From Lobosporangium transversale (Eukaryota): 64,000 nt of DNA. Within the stretch, counting starts at the first letter, position 1, and the number at the start of each line of letters is the position of its first letter. Below the pieces are notes generated by a model. It had not been told where the DNA came from. It did not search any database and saw nothing but the letters and a program-made list of their open reading frames with translations. Where the stretch lies: positions 744,001 to 808,000 of the forward strand of contig NW_019028992.1 in the NCBI RefSeq assembly GCF_002105155.1. Reading direction: 5' to 3'. This document shows, one piece after another, positions 12,802 to 26,212 of the stretch. The position numbers and the translations under genes were made by a program.

Positions 12802-14251
12802 ATGTCAAATTCAACAGCAGGAGCTCGCCTGCGTAATAGGCATGAAACAAAAGCATTAGATCACATTTCAGGAAGCAAGTCCACAGAGACAACCAGTACA
12901 TTAACGGCTACAGAAACAGATATTAAGCAAACCATCAGACACAGGAGTCATGCCACCACAAATGATCATAGCAATGGAAATGGAAATGGAAATGGAAATG
13001 GAAATGGAAATGGAAATGGAAACGGGCATGGACAATCATCCAAACTTAATGGAATCTTAACAGACAAGAGAACTACAGCATACGAGCGCGATAATGACCA
13101 GGACAGTAGTGGCAGCGAAACAAATGAAGAGACCAATATTTCTCTACAGTACGTGAAGTTTTTTTTTATTACTGCTTTATTACACAAAGGAAGTTTTTGA
13201 CTCGAACTCATTTTATATCATGCTTTTTTTTTTTTTTTTTTTTTTTTTTTTGGTAGAGATTGGCCATACTGTCCATCTTTTTCGGTTGCATTCAAGGTAT
13301 TGTTTCTTGTACGTGCCTTGGCAGCGACTTATTCCAACATCTCGGACTGCGATGAAGTGTTCAATTTCTGGGAACCAATGCACTATCTTCAATATGGATC
13401 AGGATTGGAGACATGGGAGTATTCACCCGTCTATGCTATCAGAAGTTGGGCTTACATTCTGGCCAATGCTTTGCCTGCAGAGATCGCTCGTCTTGCTTTG
13501 AGTGCCAACCGTGTAAGATATCTTTGGGCCTTGTTGCCTTTTCGTGTGTGTGTTCCCTAGTTTGTCGGAGGAATTGGATCTTTTTTTTTTTTTCTGTAAG
13601 ATACCACTGTATTAACCTCTTATTTTTTTATTCGTTCTTTTCTTAATATAATAGCTTCAAGTATTTTTTATTTTGAGGATCATCTTGGGGGCACTATCAG
13701 CACATTGTGAAGCAACACTTTACAGAGCAGTGGTGGAGGAAGTGGATCCCAGGATAGGGCGGTATCTTTTCTTGGCCCTTATCAGTAGCGCAGGAACATG
13801 GATTGCCTCCAACGGTATAGTTACTTTGATCAGGCATCATGGAATTTCTACTTTAACCACTCATTTTCGTCTACAGTGAAAGAAGGAAGTTTATCCGAAG
13901 CTGACTTTTTTTTTTTCCCCCCTTCTTCTGACTATATGATGAAATCAAAACAGCATTCTTACCGTCATCGTTTGCCATGTATACCACCATGCTCTTCTTC
14001 AGCCAGATGCTTCAGTCCCCAGGCCAGCATTCATCAAAGAGAACATTTTGGGCCATCTTTTGGGTTGGGTTAGGTGCACTTCTTGGTTGGCCTTTTTCTG
14101 CTGCTGTGGGTCTACCGTTTGCACTCGAGGAATTGCTAATTCATAGCAGGGATCATAGTAAAAAGAAAACAGTCAGGTTCAGGGATTGGCGCGTGATGCG
14201 GCTGGTCCGTCTCACGACATTTGCAATCATAGTGCTGGGATGTGTATTGGT

Positions 14252-14293
<42 letters not shown>

Positions 14294-15656
14294 CTTTTCT
14301 TTTTTTATTGAGTGTCGTTTTGTTTTGATCCTTTCTATCGCGGTGATTAAATTACAAAATCTTCTATTATAGATCCCGATTATGATCATTGATCATTACT
14401 ATTACAAGAAATTGGTTATTGTCCCACTCAACATTGTTCTCTACAATGTGTTTGGAGGTGAAAATGTTGGACCTGACATTTTCGGTACAGAGCCCTGGTG
14501 GTTTTACATCTTGAATGGTCTCTTAAACTTTAATATACTCTTTGTTGCGGCCCTTGCCTCCTTCCCAATGTTGGTATGTATTAACATGTGGATGGCAACC
14601 TATCATTTAGTTATTCTCTTAGCTGCAATATGCATGGTCATGTATTGTTTACTGAAGCAAAAAAAAAAAAACAAACTTAGATCTTTGCGTATTTTACCAT
14701 CCCACACGTGCTTCCAAACCCAGCTACTAGTTTGAGGATTAAGAATCCACTTCTTTGGTTCACACTCAAGATTTCGCCTTTCTACCTTTGGTTTGCCATA
14801 TTCACAGCCCAACCTCATAAAGAAGAGCGCTTCCTTTTCGTCGTATACCCATTGATCTGTTTCAATGGTGTCTTGACCTTGTATCTGGGCCAAAAGATTG
14901 TACAATGTATACTCGATCGATTTGTCACGCGAACCAAGGTAGAAAACTAACCTTTTTGTTCAATTTCGGCTACAGCGTTTGTAGCTTTTTTTTTTTTTTT
15001 TTTTTTTTTTAATTGTCCATTCACTGACAGACTTTTTTTTTTTTTTTTTTATATAAAATTTGTAGACGGCAGCAATACACAAGTATTCTACTGGTTTAGT
15101 TTGGGTCATTCTGATTGCATCAGCACTCATCTCAATGTCCAGGATCGTTGCCCTGTATGACCATTATAATGCACCTATTGAAGTTTACAGGAAAGCATTT
15201 GATCTTGTCAAAGTTCCAGAATCAATCAGTGGTGTTGTTAGTATTGAAGGAACTGCTGCTGACCCATTAGTTCTGACGGATAAATCCACCGGATCAGGAG
15301 AGAAAAAACAAAAGGAAAAAGTGGAAACGATTCGAGTTTGTGTTGGAAAGGAATGGTACCGGTTTCCTTCACATTATTTCCTACCTGAAGGTGCAAAGCT
15401 TGGGTTCCTCAAGAGTCATTTTGATGGACTGTTACCGGGAGAATTCATAGAGATGAACGCCAGTAGTCGTACGGAACATTTGGGAGAAGAAAAAGAAGGA
15501 TTTGCAACTTTGCTTAAAAAGCCCTCTGCCACAGATGGTAAGGAGCATCAACCTATGCGACTTGACTGGCGGTGGAGTGCAGAAAGACGACCAGGAACTT
15601 CACATACTCCTAAGCTAATGAACAACGAAAACAAGGAGGTTCATGAGCATTATGTA

Positions 15657-15690
<34 letters not shown>

Positions 15691-16117
15691 ATAATCTTTT
15701 ATCTTGTAAACTATGGATTGCTTTTTTTTTTTTTTTTTATTTTTATTTTTTTTTCTAACTCTTCCCCTTCTCCTCCCCCCCTCCTCCCTTTTTTTTTTTT
15801 TTTTTTTTTTTTCTAAAAAGATCTCCTTGGATCAATGTGATTACTTGGTAGATTTGGATTATAGTGGCCGTTATACTGAAAGCGGCGGAGAAGAAGGAGA
15901 AGATCCGATTGAGCGACGATACCTGAAGGATAAAGATCATTGGGAAAGACTATATTGCAAAAGATTTTTGGATACACAGGTTGGAGCGGGTCGTAATCGA
16001 TGGGTGCGAGCGTTCTGGATGCCCGACAAAATCACACTTGCTTTGACAAGAGGACAGCCAAAGGTTTGGGGCGATTACTGTCTAGCACGACGTAAACCCA
16101 CCACTGCAACTGCTTGA
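12802..16117 (+). CDS. ALG9: Alpha-1,2-mannosyltransferase ALG9 (GT22), multi-exon
   Basis: Motifs ISDCDEVFNFWEP, TWEYSPVYAIRSWAY, GWPFS, GPDIFGTEPW, QPHKEERF, CVGKEWYRFPS and CDYLVD. Confidence 0.96.
12973..13026 (+). repeat. (GGAAAT)n hexanucleotide repeat encoding an Asn-Gly tract in the ALG9 N-terminus
   Basis: About 8 tandem GGAAAT units seen directly. Confidence 0.9.
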
Positions 16118-16119
16118 AG

Positions 16120-16150
<31 letters not shown>

Positions 16151-16472
16151 AGGATTAGTGGTGATGATATGCAGATATAACACAAGCAATACAGCTTTTT
16201 TTACAATATACGCATACGAATACACATATATGAAGGATTTACTAGATGCCAATTTGGTGTCTGACCCGTTTATTTCTCATTAATAAAAACAGCCTAAACT
16301 CGTCACCAGCTTGAGATTGATGTGCAACTTGGTTAATATTGAAAGTTACTCTTACATATTGGGTATAAAAGATTATTTTTAACTTTTAATAATTAGTCAA
16401 GATAAATTTGAAAGATCAAAAATAAAAAACAAAAACGAAAAAAAAAAAAAGGTAGTTTAATTCCAGTTAAAG

Positions 16473-18046
16473 CTAGTTGATGTGGAGGGACTCCAAAGCT
16501 TGTGCTTCGTCTTCTTCCTGAATGGCCAAATCCGCGGCATAGAGTCGTAACTCTGTGATCATTTTAAGAAGACGGATTCGTCGTCCTGTAGAGGTTACTC
16601 CCATATCCTTGAGGGTATCGTGCGTCAATTCCAACAGAACATCACCGGTGATGTCGTGATCTTTTTATTTTTTTTTTAACAAAGAAAAAGAAAGAAGTTT
16701 TAGTCCAAGGTGAATACAATGTTGGGAGGCAGTGAAGCCCTTTTTTTAAATGAGTTGTATCAACTAGGGGGGTTTTTTTTTATTTATTTATTTACCTTTG
16801 AAGATTTGAACAGTATCTTCATATCCATTGCTCTTGAGCCATTGACCAGTGGTATCAACAGTCCAATTGTGCACATGTCCATCCAATCCCTTCAAAACTG
16901 TAAAAAAAATAAAAAGGGTTATTCTCAGGATTACGGTATTTTTTAAAAAAATGATTTTTTTTTTTTTTTTTTTTTGGTTCTTTACGTTCTGCACCATTGG
17001 TTAAAGGGAATTTCGCGCGAACAGCTCTGGCATGGTTCAGTCGTTGAAAGTTTTGAGCAGTTGTCGGTGCTAAAGAAACATAACAAAGAAGAAATTGATC
17101 AATTACTGTACTATACACCACTATCACCTTTTTTTTTTTTTTTTTTTTAAATAAAAAAAAAAAAGCTTACTGATAAGGTTCTTGCCAGCAGAAACCCATG
17201 ACGATGCTCCAGGCGGCAACTCTGCCATTGCATTTTCTGTTAAAGAATCAAAATAAATGAATAAAATAATAATAATAATAATAAAAGATTAGAGAGAAGG
17301 CATTACAAGGGATTGAACTAAATAAAAGAATAAAAGTGCCATTTACCATGCTCTCCATGACGATCCATGCCTCGCGCACAAATGAAAAGACTGATATCAC
17401 GCAAGATCTCGAGCATATCACAGTCGGTGTATTGGTTATCAAAGATAGCATTGGAATCACCTACTTTTTGTTAAAATGATAAAAATAAAATGAGTCTTTT
17501 TTTTTTCTTTTTTTTTCTTTTGTACAAGCCCATGCGACTTTAGTTTCCTTTTCCTTTCCCTTTTCCCTTTCTTTTCGAACGCACCAAGAGTTGAGGTACC
17601 TGAATCAGAAGAATCACGCCTATGGAGGATACTAGCTCGACGACTCGCTCCACGACTGATAGTACTGGCGTTGCTGCTAAGACCATGACGATTAGGGAAA
17701 ACCTGGAGTCGAACTGTTCCTTTGCGTCCCTTGACAAGGTCCGAGTTGACGAGGTCCTCGAATTCCTCTGCTCCACTGATCGTGCACAGATCACCGTCCA
17801 TGTCCGTGTACTTGACCGTGAACTCGTTCTCGAGTTGGAATGTGTTTTGGAGCTGATGTTTTATGGCGAATAGAGTAATTTAAGGTTAGTAACGACAGAT
17901 AATAGAAACCTTTTTTTATTTTATTTTATTTTATTTTTCTTGATCATTTATACCTTCTTTTTAAGATCATGGTATTTGATTTGCTCAATGTCGATCGACA
18001 ATCGTCGGCAGTCATCATAATGCCATGCCTTCACTGTTGCGGTCAT
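16473..18046 (-). CDS. PB1-domain plus C-terminal SAM-domain adaptor protein, ~7 exons
   Basis: N-terminus MTATVKAWHYDDCRRLSI...FTVKYTDMDGDLCTI (PB1 OPCA motif); C-terminus VHNWTVDTTGQWLKSNG...DHDITGDVLLELTHDTLKDMGVTSTGRRIRLLKMITEL (SAM). Confidence 0.82.
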
Positions 18047-20149
18047 TTTCGGATAATGAAAGAAAAAAAAAAAAAGAAAAAAAAAAAAGTAGGGAGAGGA
18101 GGGTGTAAGGTGAAGAAGGAAGGAAAATGAAAAGAAGAAGAATAGGTATATACTCTTAAAGAGGAAGAGATCAAACAAAAAAAAAAAAAAAAAAGAAAAA
18201 GAAAAAGAAAAGGAATTCAATCTTTTAAAAAGAAGAATAAAAAAAAAGAAAAGAAGTTCGTAAGGATAAGGTAGGGATATGAAAGGAGAATGGTGTTGTA
18301 ATTGGAGTCGTTAAAACAGCGTTCGTCAATTGAAAAAGATAGTGATCACACAAAGCAAGAAAAAAAAATGTCTAGAACGTTAGGGTATAAAAAGCGTTAA
18401 AACATAAATGGGTAGCGGATTTGAGGAGAGTAGAGGGGGAAAGGAGGATGCGAAGGAGGAATGAAGGTCGTTAAAGAGAAAGACAAAAGACAGAAATTCA
18501 GGAACCAAAAAAAAAAAAAAGGAAAAAAAAAAAAAAAAGAAAGAAAAAAGAAAAAGGAAAGCTTTGTCTGTCCCCGTTGGACCCCTTTATATTTCATGAG
18601 GAATGAAGGATCCTGATACATATCCCCGACTTCATCCCCCTTTCACCTTCGTCTGTAGCTCTTGCTCCTGCTCTCCCTCTTTCTCTCTTTTGTTTTTGCT
18701 CTCATGGTCATTCGTTCATTCGTTAGCACAGGGCAATAATAAGTAGAGTAGATCAGATGCCACGATGTCCCAAACAAAAGAAACAGGGGCAGATGGCATT
18801 TGCGCACGCACCTGTGCTTATAAAATGTTATATAACATCATCAATGGTCCCTATTCAATCATGCATGCCGCCAAAAACACAAAAAAACATGCGCGCATGC
18901 ACATGGGCTTGCAATGAACATAGGGGGTGTAACAGCTATATTGTATAAATATATATATATATATAATATAAATAATAAAGCAAATTAAAATAAATAGCCA
19001 CGGCTCATTCACGAGCAGATCACCGGATCACAATCGCGTGGATCGACTGATCATTCCTCTCCTTTGTTGTTGCGCGTGTCTTTTTATACATGTTTGATAT
19101 GGATTAATAGCCCTTTGACCCTTCCACTTCTTTCCTCTCCTTTTGTTCTCCCTTCCTCCCCCAGCCTTTTTGCTCTGATTCGATTGGATGACCAAAGCAT
19201 TCTAATCTATGAATCAGTTGCAGGCTCAACTACTCCTCCTTGAATCAATCCCATGCCTAATGTCGTGACCAAGAAGAAGAAGAAGAAAAAAAACCTTTTT
19301 TTTCATTTCATTCTTAGCTTGATTGACTATAGCCATGTGGAATGAAGAAAGTATGATATGTATATATACACAAACATATTTATGAATGGATTTATCATCT
19401 TTGTCAGCTTTGATGATGGAAACATTCACACGATAAAAACAAATGAAACGGAAAACGGGAAACGGGAAACGGGAAACGAAAGATAGAAGACAGAAGTTAG
19501 TTAACTTTAGTATGACAAAGCAAACATAAAACACATTTAAAGAAAAAAACAAAATGAAATAAAATAGAGATTGGATAAATCACCATCCACCACAAGTGAC
19601 AAACATCAGGACCACATACGAGGAAGTGTTGGTTACTACTTTTTTTAAAAAAAATGATGGGGTTTGGCTCTTGTCGACTGTTCACAATGTGGTCTGACCG
19701 CAAAGTTTTTTTTTCATTTAAAAATAATATCACACGCCTTGCAGATGATGATGACCCATTTCTTTAAGTCACTTGTCCCTCCACTTCTTCATCTTTCATC
19801 TCCGTTTAGTAGCCTGACTCTGCCCTTGGTTCGAGCGCAGACTTGAAACAAAAATATCTACAAAATCTCTATCCTCCTGACAACCGTGCCCCAACCGTAC
19901 TGATATTATGGGGAACGTGATAGGGGGGAAGGGAAGTATGGAAGTATTAGGTCAAGTTTGATCGGAGTTTCTATTGTATAGTTAAATAGTATTCTTTTTT
20001 ATCTATGTGTCTGACGCGTTTCTTTTTTTTTTTTTTTTTTTTTTATATTTTTTTTTTTTTTTATATTTTTTTTTTTTTTTATATTTTTTATTATAACTAT
20101 TATATATAATACCTATTGCTGATAACTATTTCTGGGGAATATCTTCCTA

Positions 20150-20184
<35 letters not shown>

Positions 20185-20185
<1 letters not shown>

Positions 20186-20853
20186 CAAGACCGATCATGG
20201 TATCGTAATCTATTCAATGCAATGAGGTATTCCTTAGCGGCTCCACTAGCACTGGTGTCATGGTATCCTAATGGTCCGATATCACAGTCTGCACAAGACA
20301 AGAACTGAATCCCATTCGGTAATTTTTTACTGAAGCCAATGTTTTCAAACGACATCATGTTGGTCACTTTCCAAAAGGATTGCAATTCCTCTTCCGTTGT
20401 TGTTGTCGTCGTTACTGTCGTCTTCTCTGATTCGTCGCCATCTGTAGTATCGTTATTGATTACATTTCCTTCTGATTCCACCTCCTCAATGGTTGAAACG
20501 GCTGCATCCAACAATGGGAGTTTTGGTAGTGCCAACTAAAAAAAATATATATATTTTTTTTTTAAAAAAAATTAATGCTTGTTGTAAATCATTAAAAAGA
20601 TAAATAATGTCATATTGTCCTGGGAGAGCTTTTTTTTTTATTTTTATTTTTATTTTTTTGGCTTTATTACCTTGCTTTTCTCTCGCTGGACGAGTTCTGC
20701 AGCGGAAGCAAGGAGTATTTTACAGCGGCAGCTTTCCTGGGGACAATAGATGTCAAACTTGTTGACCTGTTTCTCTGCATGGGTTTCAATGAGATCTTGT
20801 TCATCTGGGAATGCTGAATATTCCTTGCCTGGATTCCTCGTTGCGGTAGCCAT
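20185..20853 (-). CDS. RABIF: Mss4/Dss4 (RABIF-like) Rab-interacting zinc protein, 2 exons
   Basis: IYCPQESCRCKIL, FWKVTNMMSFENIGFS and FLSCADCDIGPLGY match the Mss4 family signature. Confidence 0.9.
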
Positions 20854-21412
20854 TGTGATGTGTTACTGTCAAAAGCTGCAAGTCTGAAAAGAGTGAGAAT
20901 AAAGGAACAACAGTGGGCGAGGTAAGAAATTGAGCTCCTGTTTCAATGTAGTTAGTGGCTTTGCACCCCATATTTACGCATAAGGCAATTGATCAGGTTG
21001 CTTAGAAAGCAGAGGGCCATGCATGGTAATTTTTGGATAGAAGAAAGCTAAACGCTGAACTGATGAAGAAAATACAGGCTAACGTTCTTTTGGATTCCGG
21101 ATGTTGTCACCATTCTAGGATTCATATTGCCACGTGAGAAAGCCGCTTTAAAAAGTGCCGGATTTGATCTGTAGACAATTCTCCGGTAACAAGTCAAGAA
21201 ATAATAATTCCCCGCTCGGCTTGTCCAACTCTTCTTTCCTTTCTTCTTTCCTTCCTTCCTTCCTTCCTTCTATAAATTTCTCTTCACCGCTTTTTTTTTC
21301 TCTGTTTCTTCTTCCTCCTTTTCTTTGTCATCTTGTTTACTATTTTCTCCATTTCTGTCAACTCACTCTTGCATTTTGCATATCTAATCTGTTAATATAA
21401 TATTTAAGAAAA

Positions 21413-21769
21413 ATGGCCACAGACTTGGAAAAGTACACGGAACAGGCCACGCTGCCTTTTTCCTCCTCAGAGCTCGGCGCGTTTCACCGCTTCCATGCAT
21501 ATAACTGGGATGGAGATGAACATTTCCAAGCTGGCCTCAGAACTATCACTCAGGCACAACCATTACCACCGTCTCTCTCGGAATTATTGAAAATGAAGCA
21601 GTATTACTTTTCAACGAGGTAAAAGAAGGACAAAAGAAAAGTAGTTCATTTCTCTCATTCCATTCATACATGTTCATGAGTGCGCAGAATTGGAGTATGG
21701 AGTGAAATGCCATGGGTTGCTTGCATGCATTCGTTCTCTCTTTACTCTCTTATAAAAACAAAACTAAAT

Positions 21770-21806
<37 letters not shown>

Positions 21807-24210
21807 GGCTCGGTACACACATCAACTTGGATAATTATCTGTCCTGGAGGAAACATCTGGAGAAGCCGTCTGATGACCCTAATGTTTTGATCTTCAAGCG
21901 ATTCGACGAATATGACTTTGATAACGATCCTAGATTTCAGAGTGGACTACCTAATATTGTCAGTCAGCTTGTCAAAGATGGAAAAAGTACGTTGGATAAG
22001 GCTGCGCTTCAAAAGGAGATGACTAAGGCCAAAGCTTTTTATTACGCTAGGTAAGAAGATCGCACCATGATGCCTAGCCGAAGTAATCTCGTTTCAAGCC
22101 TCGAGCTTTCATCCACTCACTTATCTTCTTCATTCATTCTAATAACTTTGGATCAAATAGATTCATTGAGCTCTTCGATTTCCCTGCATACTTGAACTGG
22201 AAAGAATTGGAAAAATCACAGGATGGACCTGCCTGTCCGTTTGCACATCTCTGGCAGAACAAAAGCGAGGGCTCCTCCAGTGAGCTCGCAGAGGACGCTC
22301 AAAAATTCCTGACCACAACCGCCCCAGTCTCTACAGGCGCACTCCAAATTCACATCCATTCACCAGCTACAAAAAACGTCTGGACTGGTGTTCGATTAGC
22401 CAAAATGAATCAAGCCATCTCTGATGCGAATGATAAGGACACTATCACCTCTATCTTATTGACTGCAAACAGCGGAGCCCCTACTCAGGATCGGCGTGAT
22501 CCAGAATCCTTGATTGTCACCAAAGACGAAAAGTGGTTCAGCGGAGGTCTTGTAACAAGCGGATCAACAGAAATGCAGGATAAACAAGATCCCGCAAAGT
22601 TCAAGGAGCTGCAACGACAATATTTCAGTGTCGTGGATCAGCTTACTGCCATCAATTGCCACCACCATAAGCCAGTAGTCTGTGTAGCAGATGGGATAGT
22701 ATCTCTATCAGCTGCATACCTTGCTTTTGGTTCAGGAGGACAACGTGTCATCACTGAAAATGCAACTCTCTCATTTACACCTTTGAAAGCGATCGAGCTT
22801 CCACCTAATGAAGCTCTTAATCCCTTTGCAGGATTGCATCTACTTGCTCAGATTCAGACACATGCCAAGTCTGACAGTGGCGCTCGCTCGCTACCCAAGA
22901 ATATTGGTCATTATCTCGCATTCTGTCCGGACAATATCCTCCGCGGACCAGATTTGCGCAAACTTGGGTTGGCAGATTTTTTCATTTCATCCTCAAAGAA
23001 AAATGATATTGAGAAAGCTGTACTTTCTGTTGCGGGATGCCCACCTCCACACACAGTACAGGCTATCCGAATGGCTCTCAACGCTGAGGTCGTGTACCCT
23101 GGTCCTCCAAAGATTGATGTTTGGCGATCTGAGATCAAAGAGTGCTTTGATGTAAGTTTTTTGCTTTCGAGCACAGATATATGCGTAGTTATGTAACATG
23201 CTATTGCTTTATTTAGCAGTGTTGCTAAACATCCTAAACTTTTTTTTCTCCTTAATATTTCTAGGATGCGGCTTCCTTGGATGATGTTGTCACCAAGTTG
23301 GAGAAGTACAACAACAATTGGTCAAAATCCATCCGAGAATATATCGCATCATTGGAGCCTGTCTTTGCCAAGGTACAATATTGTTATAGAAGCTCCTTGC
23401 ACTCATGTACACGAGTCCTCGCATTTAAAACAAAACACCTGACTTGGTTTTATATTATTATTGCTCTAGCTTCTCTTTGAGGCTATTACTAAAGCATCTG
23501 AAATGGCCTCTTTCCAAGAACGTGCACGCCTCGAATACCGACTGAATGTGCGTTATAAGGATTATCTCTTATCAAAAGATACAACTGCTGAGGATGATAT
23601 CAAGGACTTGCAGGTATTCTTTGAACCGATTGAAGAGGAGGAGTCAGAGTTATTCACATTCCCCTTTACTGAGTGGATCAAAGAACATGGCAACGAAAAT
23701 GAATTCACGAATACTGTCAAGACGAACGGTAATAGTATTGAAGAGCAGGATGCTACACAAGCCTGCCCATATCTTCGTTCTAAAACTGATGGTGACAGGC
23801 ATACTGCAATGCCATCTGATCATCCGACTATTATAACCGGAGCTGAACTTAATGATCCAGAGGCTGTGAAGACATGTCCATTTTTATCTGCGAAAAAATC
23901 GGGGCAGGACTCGACAGCATCAAATAGTACAGGTGTCGGTGTGCCTGATGATCATCCAAAAATCCCGGGTGTAGACTTTTCAGATGCGAAGGCAGCTGAG
24001 GCATGTCCATTTTTGGCTGCAAAAAAGGCCCAAGATGATGATGAGAAGAAGGATCTGCAGCCCGTAACAGCTACGACTAGTCCTACCACTGTTACTACGG
24101 CGGTATCCTCTACAGTTCCTAATGACCACCCTGTGATCCCAGGTGTTGACTTTTCGAATCCAGCAGCCATGGCTTCGTGTCCATTTTTGGCCTCACAAAA
24201 AACCAAATAG
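21413..24210 (+). CDS. Multidomain protein: two DUF5572-like repeats, a degenerate enoyl-CoA hydratase/HIBCH-like domain and C-terminal PxDHP/CPF repeats; ~5 exons
   Basis: Repeats FHAYNWDGDEHFQAGL...KQYYFS and FDEYDFDNDPRFQSGL...KAFYYAR; crotonase-like KPVVCVADGIV...RVITEN...LRGPDLRKLGLADFF; repeated DHP..GVDFS....CPFL. Confidence 0.8.
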
Positions 24211-24353
24211 AACGTAAAATAAAATTTTTTTCTTTGTTCTTTATTACTTTAAATCGACTTGGACAGTAAAAGGGAAAAACTTCCTTGGCTGTGAAATACG
24301 ACTTTTTTTTTTTTCTTCTTCTTCTTCTTCTTCTTCTTCTTCTTCGTTTTCTT

Positions 24354-24725
24354 CTAGCACTTTTTGAAAGGGTATGCTACAGGAACTAAGTAAGGATAAA
24401 GAGATGCCACGGGAACTGGAACATTGTATGGGACGGAGTAAGGGATCGAGACTGTAGGAGCGACATTGACTTCAGGTGCGATGTCTGTGTTGGCAATGAC
24501 ATTCGATTGTGTTACTGCCCAGGAATGGGGAGAGATGACAGTATCGGGTGGATAGATATTGGGTATAGGTCTGGATCTGGATCTGGATCTGAGCCTTGAA
24601 GAAGGAGGAGGAAGAGGAAGGCCCATGCCCGAGACGGGAGATGCGGACGCGAGACATAACATGCAGACTACAAAGAAATAGATAATTGCAGCTGCGCTGA
24701 CAAGATGTCTAAAAAGGGGATCCAT
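24354..24725 (-). CDS. Small putatively secreted Pro/Val/Tyr-rich protein
   Basis: 123-aa ATG ORF with a hydrophobic signal-like N-terminus (AAAIIYFFVVCMLCLASA) and a P/V/Y-rich tail. Confidence 0.6.
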   Translation of the reverse strand: MDPLFRHLVSAAAIIYFFVVCMLCLASASPVSGMGLPLPPPSSRLRSRSRSRPIPNIYPPDTVISPHSWAVTQSNVIANTDIAPEVNVAPTVSIPYSVPYNVPVPVASLYPYLVPVAYPFKKC

Positions 24726-25044
24726 TCTTTTTTTTCCTCTTTTACTTGTGAGTTTGGAAGATTATAGACACAAAGAAAAAAAGAAATTGAAACGTACGGA
24801 GAGGGTGTATTTAAGAGGATCTTTTTACACAGGAAGGGGATCCATCTCTTGTATTCCTTCTATTGCTCAGATCTCCTACTCTATCACTTTGAAGAGGTGA
24901 TCCAGAAAAAAGAAAAATTGCCAATCTGATATTGCGAGGTGTTTATCATTTTTTTTTATTTTTTTTTATTCGAATGTAGACATCCGATATTAGCCGTATT
25001 TATATTTTTTTTTTGTCTATTATATTCTACAATTTATCACTCCT

Positions 25045-25453
25045 TTACTCGTCCATATCCTTCCATGCCTCCTCATATCTCATTCTCCTAGCCTTTGCCT
25101 TTTCAAAGTGCTTTTTACGGTTGACGTCAAACTGATAAAGAAAAAAAAAAAAAAAAAAAAAAAAAAAAGAATAGGGATAGAAATAAAAGATATTATCAGA
25201 TCAGAGTGGATAGCAAGACTGATAGAGTGATTGATGTCAACATCAGAATAACATTAATAACAATAACAATAGCAATAACCATAATAGTAATATTAAGTGT
25301 TACCTCGGCCTGAAGACATTCATTCATGGCTTGTTTGAGTGAATTGCATCGACCCAAGTACCGGTTGAGGACGTTTTCATGATGGCATCGATCGAGTTGA
25401 AGAATAAGGTCTTCACATGAGACATGTTTGTGCAAGTCAAGTTTGGAATGCAT
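25045..25453 (-). CDS. CMC2: Twin CX9C COX-assembly protein, 2 exons
   Basis: MHSKLDLHKHVSCEDLILQLDRCHHENVLNRYLGRCNSLKQAMNECLQAE spliced to FDVNRKKHFEKAKARRMRYEEAWKDMDE*. Confidence 0.88.
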
Positions 25454-25649
25454 GGTCAAGTAAAAATTACAAGAGTGGTTGCGTCTGTGTGTTCTGTCTA
25501 GAGAGATGTTGATATTGTGATATGGACAAAAAAAAAAAAAAAAAAAGACCAGAAGGCCCTTAACTTTCAGTCAACTTCAATTTATTTTTTGGTGGCGAGT
25601 TGCTCATACAGTGCTTGTCCAGCAGCGCCATTCCCATTCACTTGATTAT

Positions 25650-26025
25650 TATTCGACTCTTTTTCTTCATGCTCGAGCCAGCTGATCCTCCTGCGATATT
25701 GATGTCAGTTTTTATAACATGCTGTCCCCACATGGTTTAAATATCTAGGTGTTGCCTTAACATTCAGACTATTGGTGACAACGAACTTTTGAACCTTAAG
25801 CTTGGCATATAAGTCACTTGGAACCATGAAACAGAGGTATGTGATATTGCCACTTTTCTTCGAGCAGGATCCAGTAATATTATCAACTATTTCCTTGATT
25901 GGCGCTTGCTTGATCGGGTGTTCCTCTGATCTGACCTGGAATGGCTTGTCGGGCCCCAACACAAAACTTATGGGTGGAAAGATAGGAATAGACAATAGAA
26001 ACAACTTGCCACTTGCTTGAGAAAA
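25650..26025 (-). pseudogene. 3' fragment of a CRN REase domain, paralogous to the genes at 29830 and 60551
   Basis: VLGPDKPFQVRSEEHPIKQAPIKEI aligns by eye to ALGPNKLFQVTVSEKHPIKQAPFKEI; frameshifted near the end. Confidence 0.85.
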
Positions 26026-26212
26026 TTCCGATGATGCAGCTGCGGCAATCCGCTACTTCTCCTTACTGAATGCGATATTTTAATTTATCTATTAGTGCTA
26101 TATTACAAAATTGTGTCTGTGCCATTGTCATAAACAATGGCGAGTAAAAAGAAGTAAAAGAAACGATCGCTACTTTTTCCTTGGTCCCTTATCCCTGCTT
26201 GGCCTATTGGGC

